Positions 62,828 to 64,000 of a stretch of 64,000 nt of DNA are shown here, piece after piece. Each line of letters opens with the position of its first letter. Position 1 is the first letter of the stretch. Made by a program: the position numbers and the translations under genes. The notes under the pieces were generated by a model. It was given only the letters and a program-made list of their open reading frames with translations. It did not search any database and had not been told where the DNA came from. Source of the stretch: Podarcis liolepis (taxonomy: Eukaryota); NCBI GenBank assembly GCA_965112155.1, contig OZ218106.1; one strand, 5' to 3'.

Positions 62828-63103
62828 GAGAGCCAGTGTGGTGTAGTGGTTAAGAGCGGTAGTCTCGTAATCTGGGGAACTGGGTTCGCGTCTCCGCTCC
62901 TCCACATGCAGCTGCTGGGTGACCTTGGGCTAGTCACACTTCTTTGAAGTCTCTCAACCCCACTCACCTCACAGAGTGTTTGTTGTGGGGGAGGAAGGGA
63001 AAGGAGAATGTTAGCCGCTTTGAGACTCCTGAAGGGGAATGAAAGGCGGGATATCAAATCCAACTCCTCCTCCTCCTCTTCTTCTTCTTCTTCATCTTCT
63101 TCT
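62828..63103 (+). mobile_element. Squam3-like (Ther1/MIR-derived) SINE with (CTC)/(CTT) tail
   Basis: tRNA head tggtgtagtggttaagagc...gggttcg, CORE motif gggtgaccttgggctagtcac, simple-repeat tail. Confidence 0.85.
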
Positions 63104-63917
63104 TGTCCCTGACCTTGTCCCTGAAAGAATTAATGTAATATACACTACTCTTAAAGCCTTATAAGGAAAAAACAACATATAATTTAATAAATTGCAGTTG
63201 ATATGGATTAAAATAAATGAAAGAATGTATATTTACTGTTATATCATAATCTAATGATTATCTATAATGATGGATACAATTGGGATTGTATGATATGTAC
63301 CATAAAATTGAAGCTAAAAGGTTTGGGTGACTTAGTGTTGAATACGATACATATCTTGTTATACTTTTGCTTTTAAAATATCTCAATGACCAAAACATAT
63401 CAATGTAATGCTTTTAATATTGGTACAGATTCAGAGGCAGGGCCACAAGATTAATTTTGGGGGACAGAAAGAAAAACAGAGTTACTGTGTAAGTAATAAG
63501 TGTTATCAATAACATCTGATGAGCTGTATTTCCCCATGTGTAATAGAATGTAGAATGTAACTGAGAGCGCTCTATATATTCCTGTGAAGTTCATGTTAGA
63601 TTTGAAACTGAAAAACTACCTTTTCCAGATATATGTTCTGCTGCAGCCTCTAGATGTATGTTACCTTGTTAAAAATACTGCTTATCATGGATTTATCCAT
63701 GAAAATGATGTTTTGTAAAACTAGATAATGCTAGGTACTGTAAAGTAAATAACTAACATTAGGAAATAACCCTTAAAACTCATAAAGATGGGCTTAATTA
63801 CAAGTTTGTGCATACCTGTAACGAAAAGCAGGAATTTGCTGTAGGGGGTTGATCTTAAGAGAGCTGCCAGGAATCCAGTTATTGATTAAATACTAATTTA
63901 TATAGGTAAATTTTGGG

Positions 63918-63945
63918 GTGTGTGTGTGTGTGTGTGTGTGTGTGT
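63918..63945. repeat. (GT)14 microsatellite
   Basis: Uninterrupted gt repeat. Confidence 0.9.
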
Positions 63946-64000
63946 ACCTACTTCATAAAGGGAAACTAGAAATGACTATGAGTGAGGAATTCAGCCTGAA

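Noticed and set aside
1-64000. Prokaryote-type systems (CRISPR array, operon, defence island) or nested ncRNA genes
   Set aside because: Spliced vertebrate locus; no regularly spaced direct repeats, and no snoRNA/snRNA I could support.

Overview
Eukaryotic (vertebrate) genomic DNA. The repeat content (Sauria SINEs, a Squam3-like SINE, CR1 tails) points to a squamate, most likely a lacertid lizard. The whole window lies inside one + strand gene, BLTP1 (KIAA1109/Tweek/FSA; bridge-like lipid transfer protein 1). I traced 55 coding exons (922-62327). All have GT-AG junctions with consistent phases and total 9959 nt (about 3320 codons). They correspond to roughly residue 33 to about 3350 of the ~5000-aa human protein as I recall it. 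The start-codon exon lies upstream and the 3' third of the gene lies downstream. Introns carry SINEs, CR1 fragments, Tc1/mariner-type and hAT-type MITEs, two probable solo LTRs and microsatellites. Almost all other ORFs in the track are spurious. I found no evidence of a new multi-gene system. The most interesting signals concern splicing: two candidate frame-preserving cassette exons (42155-42244 and 56925-56972), the second possibly alternating with the 51-nt exon at 53879 amid TGCATG motifs, and a repeat-derived donor that could turn it into a poison exon. Also notable are solo LTRs retaining TATA/poly(A) signals and MITE hairpins with mirrored substitutions. Comparisons with human rely on my memory of the sequence, not on a search.
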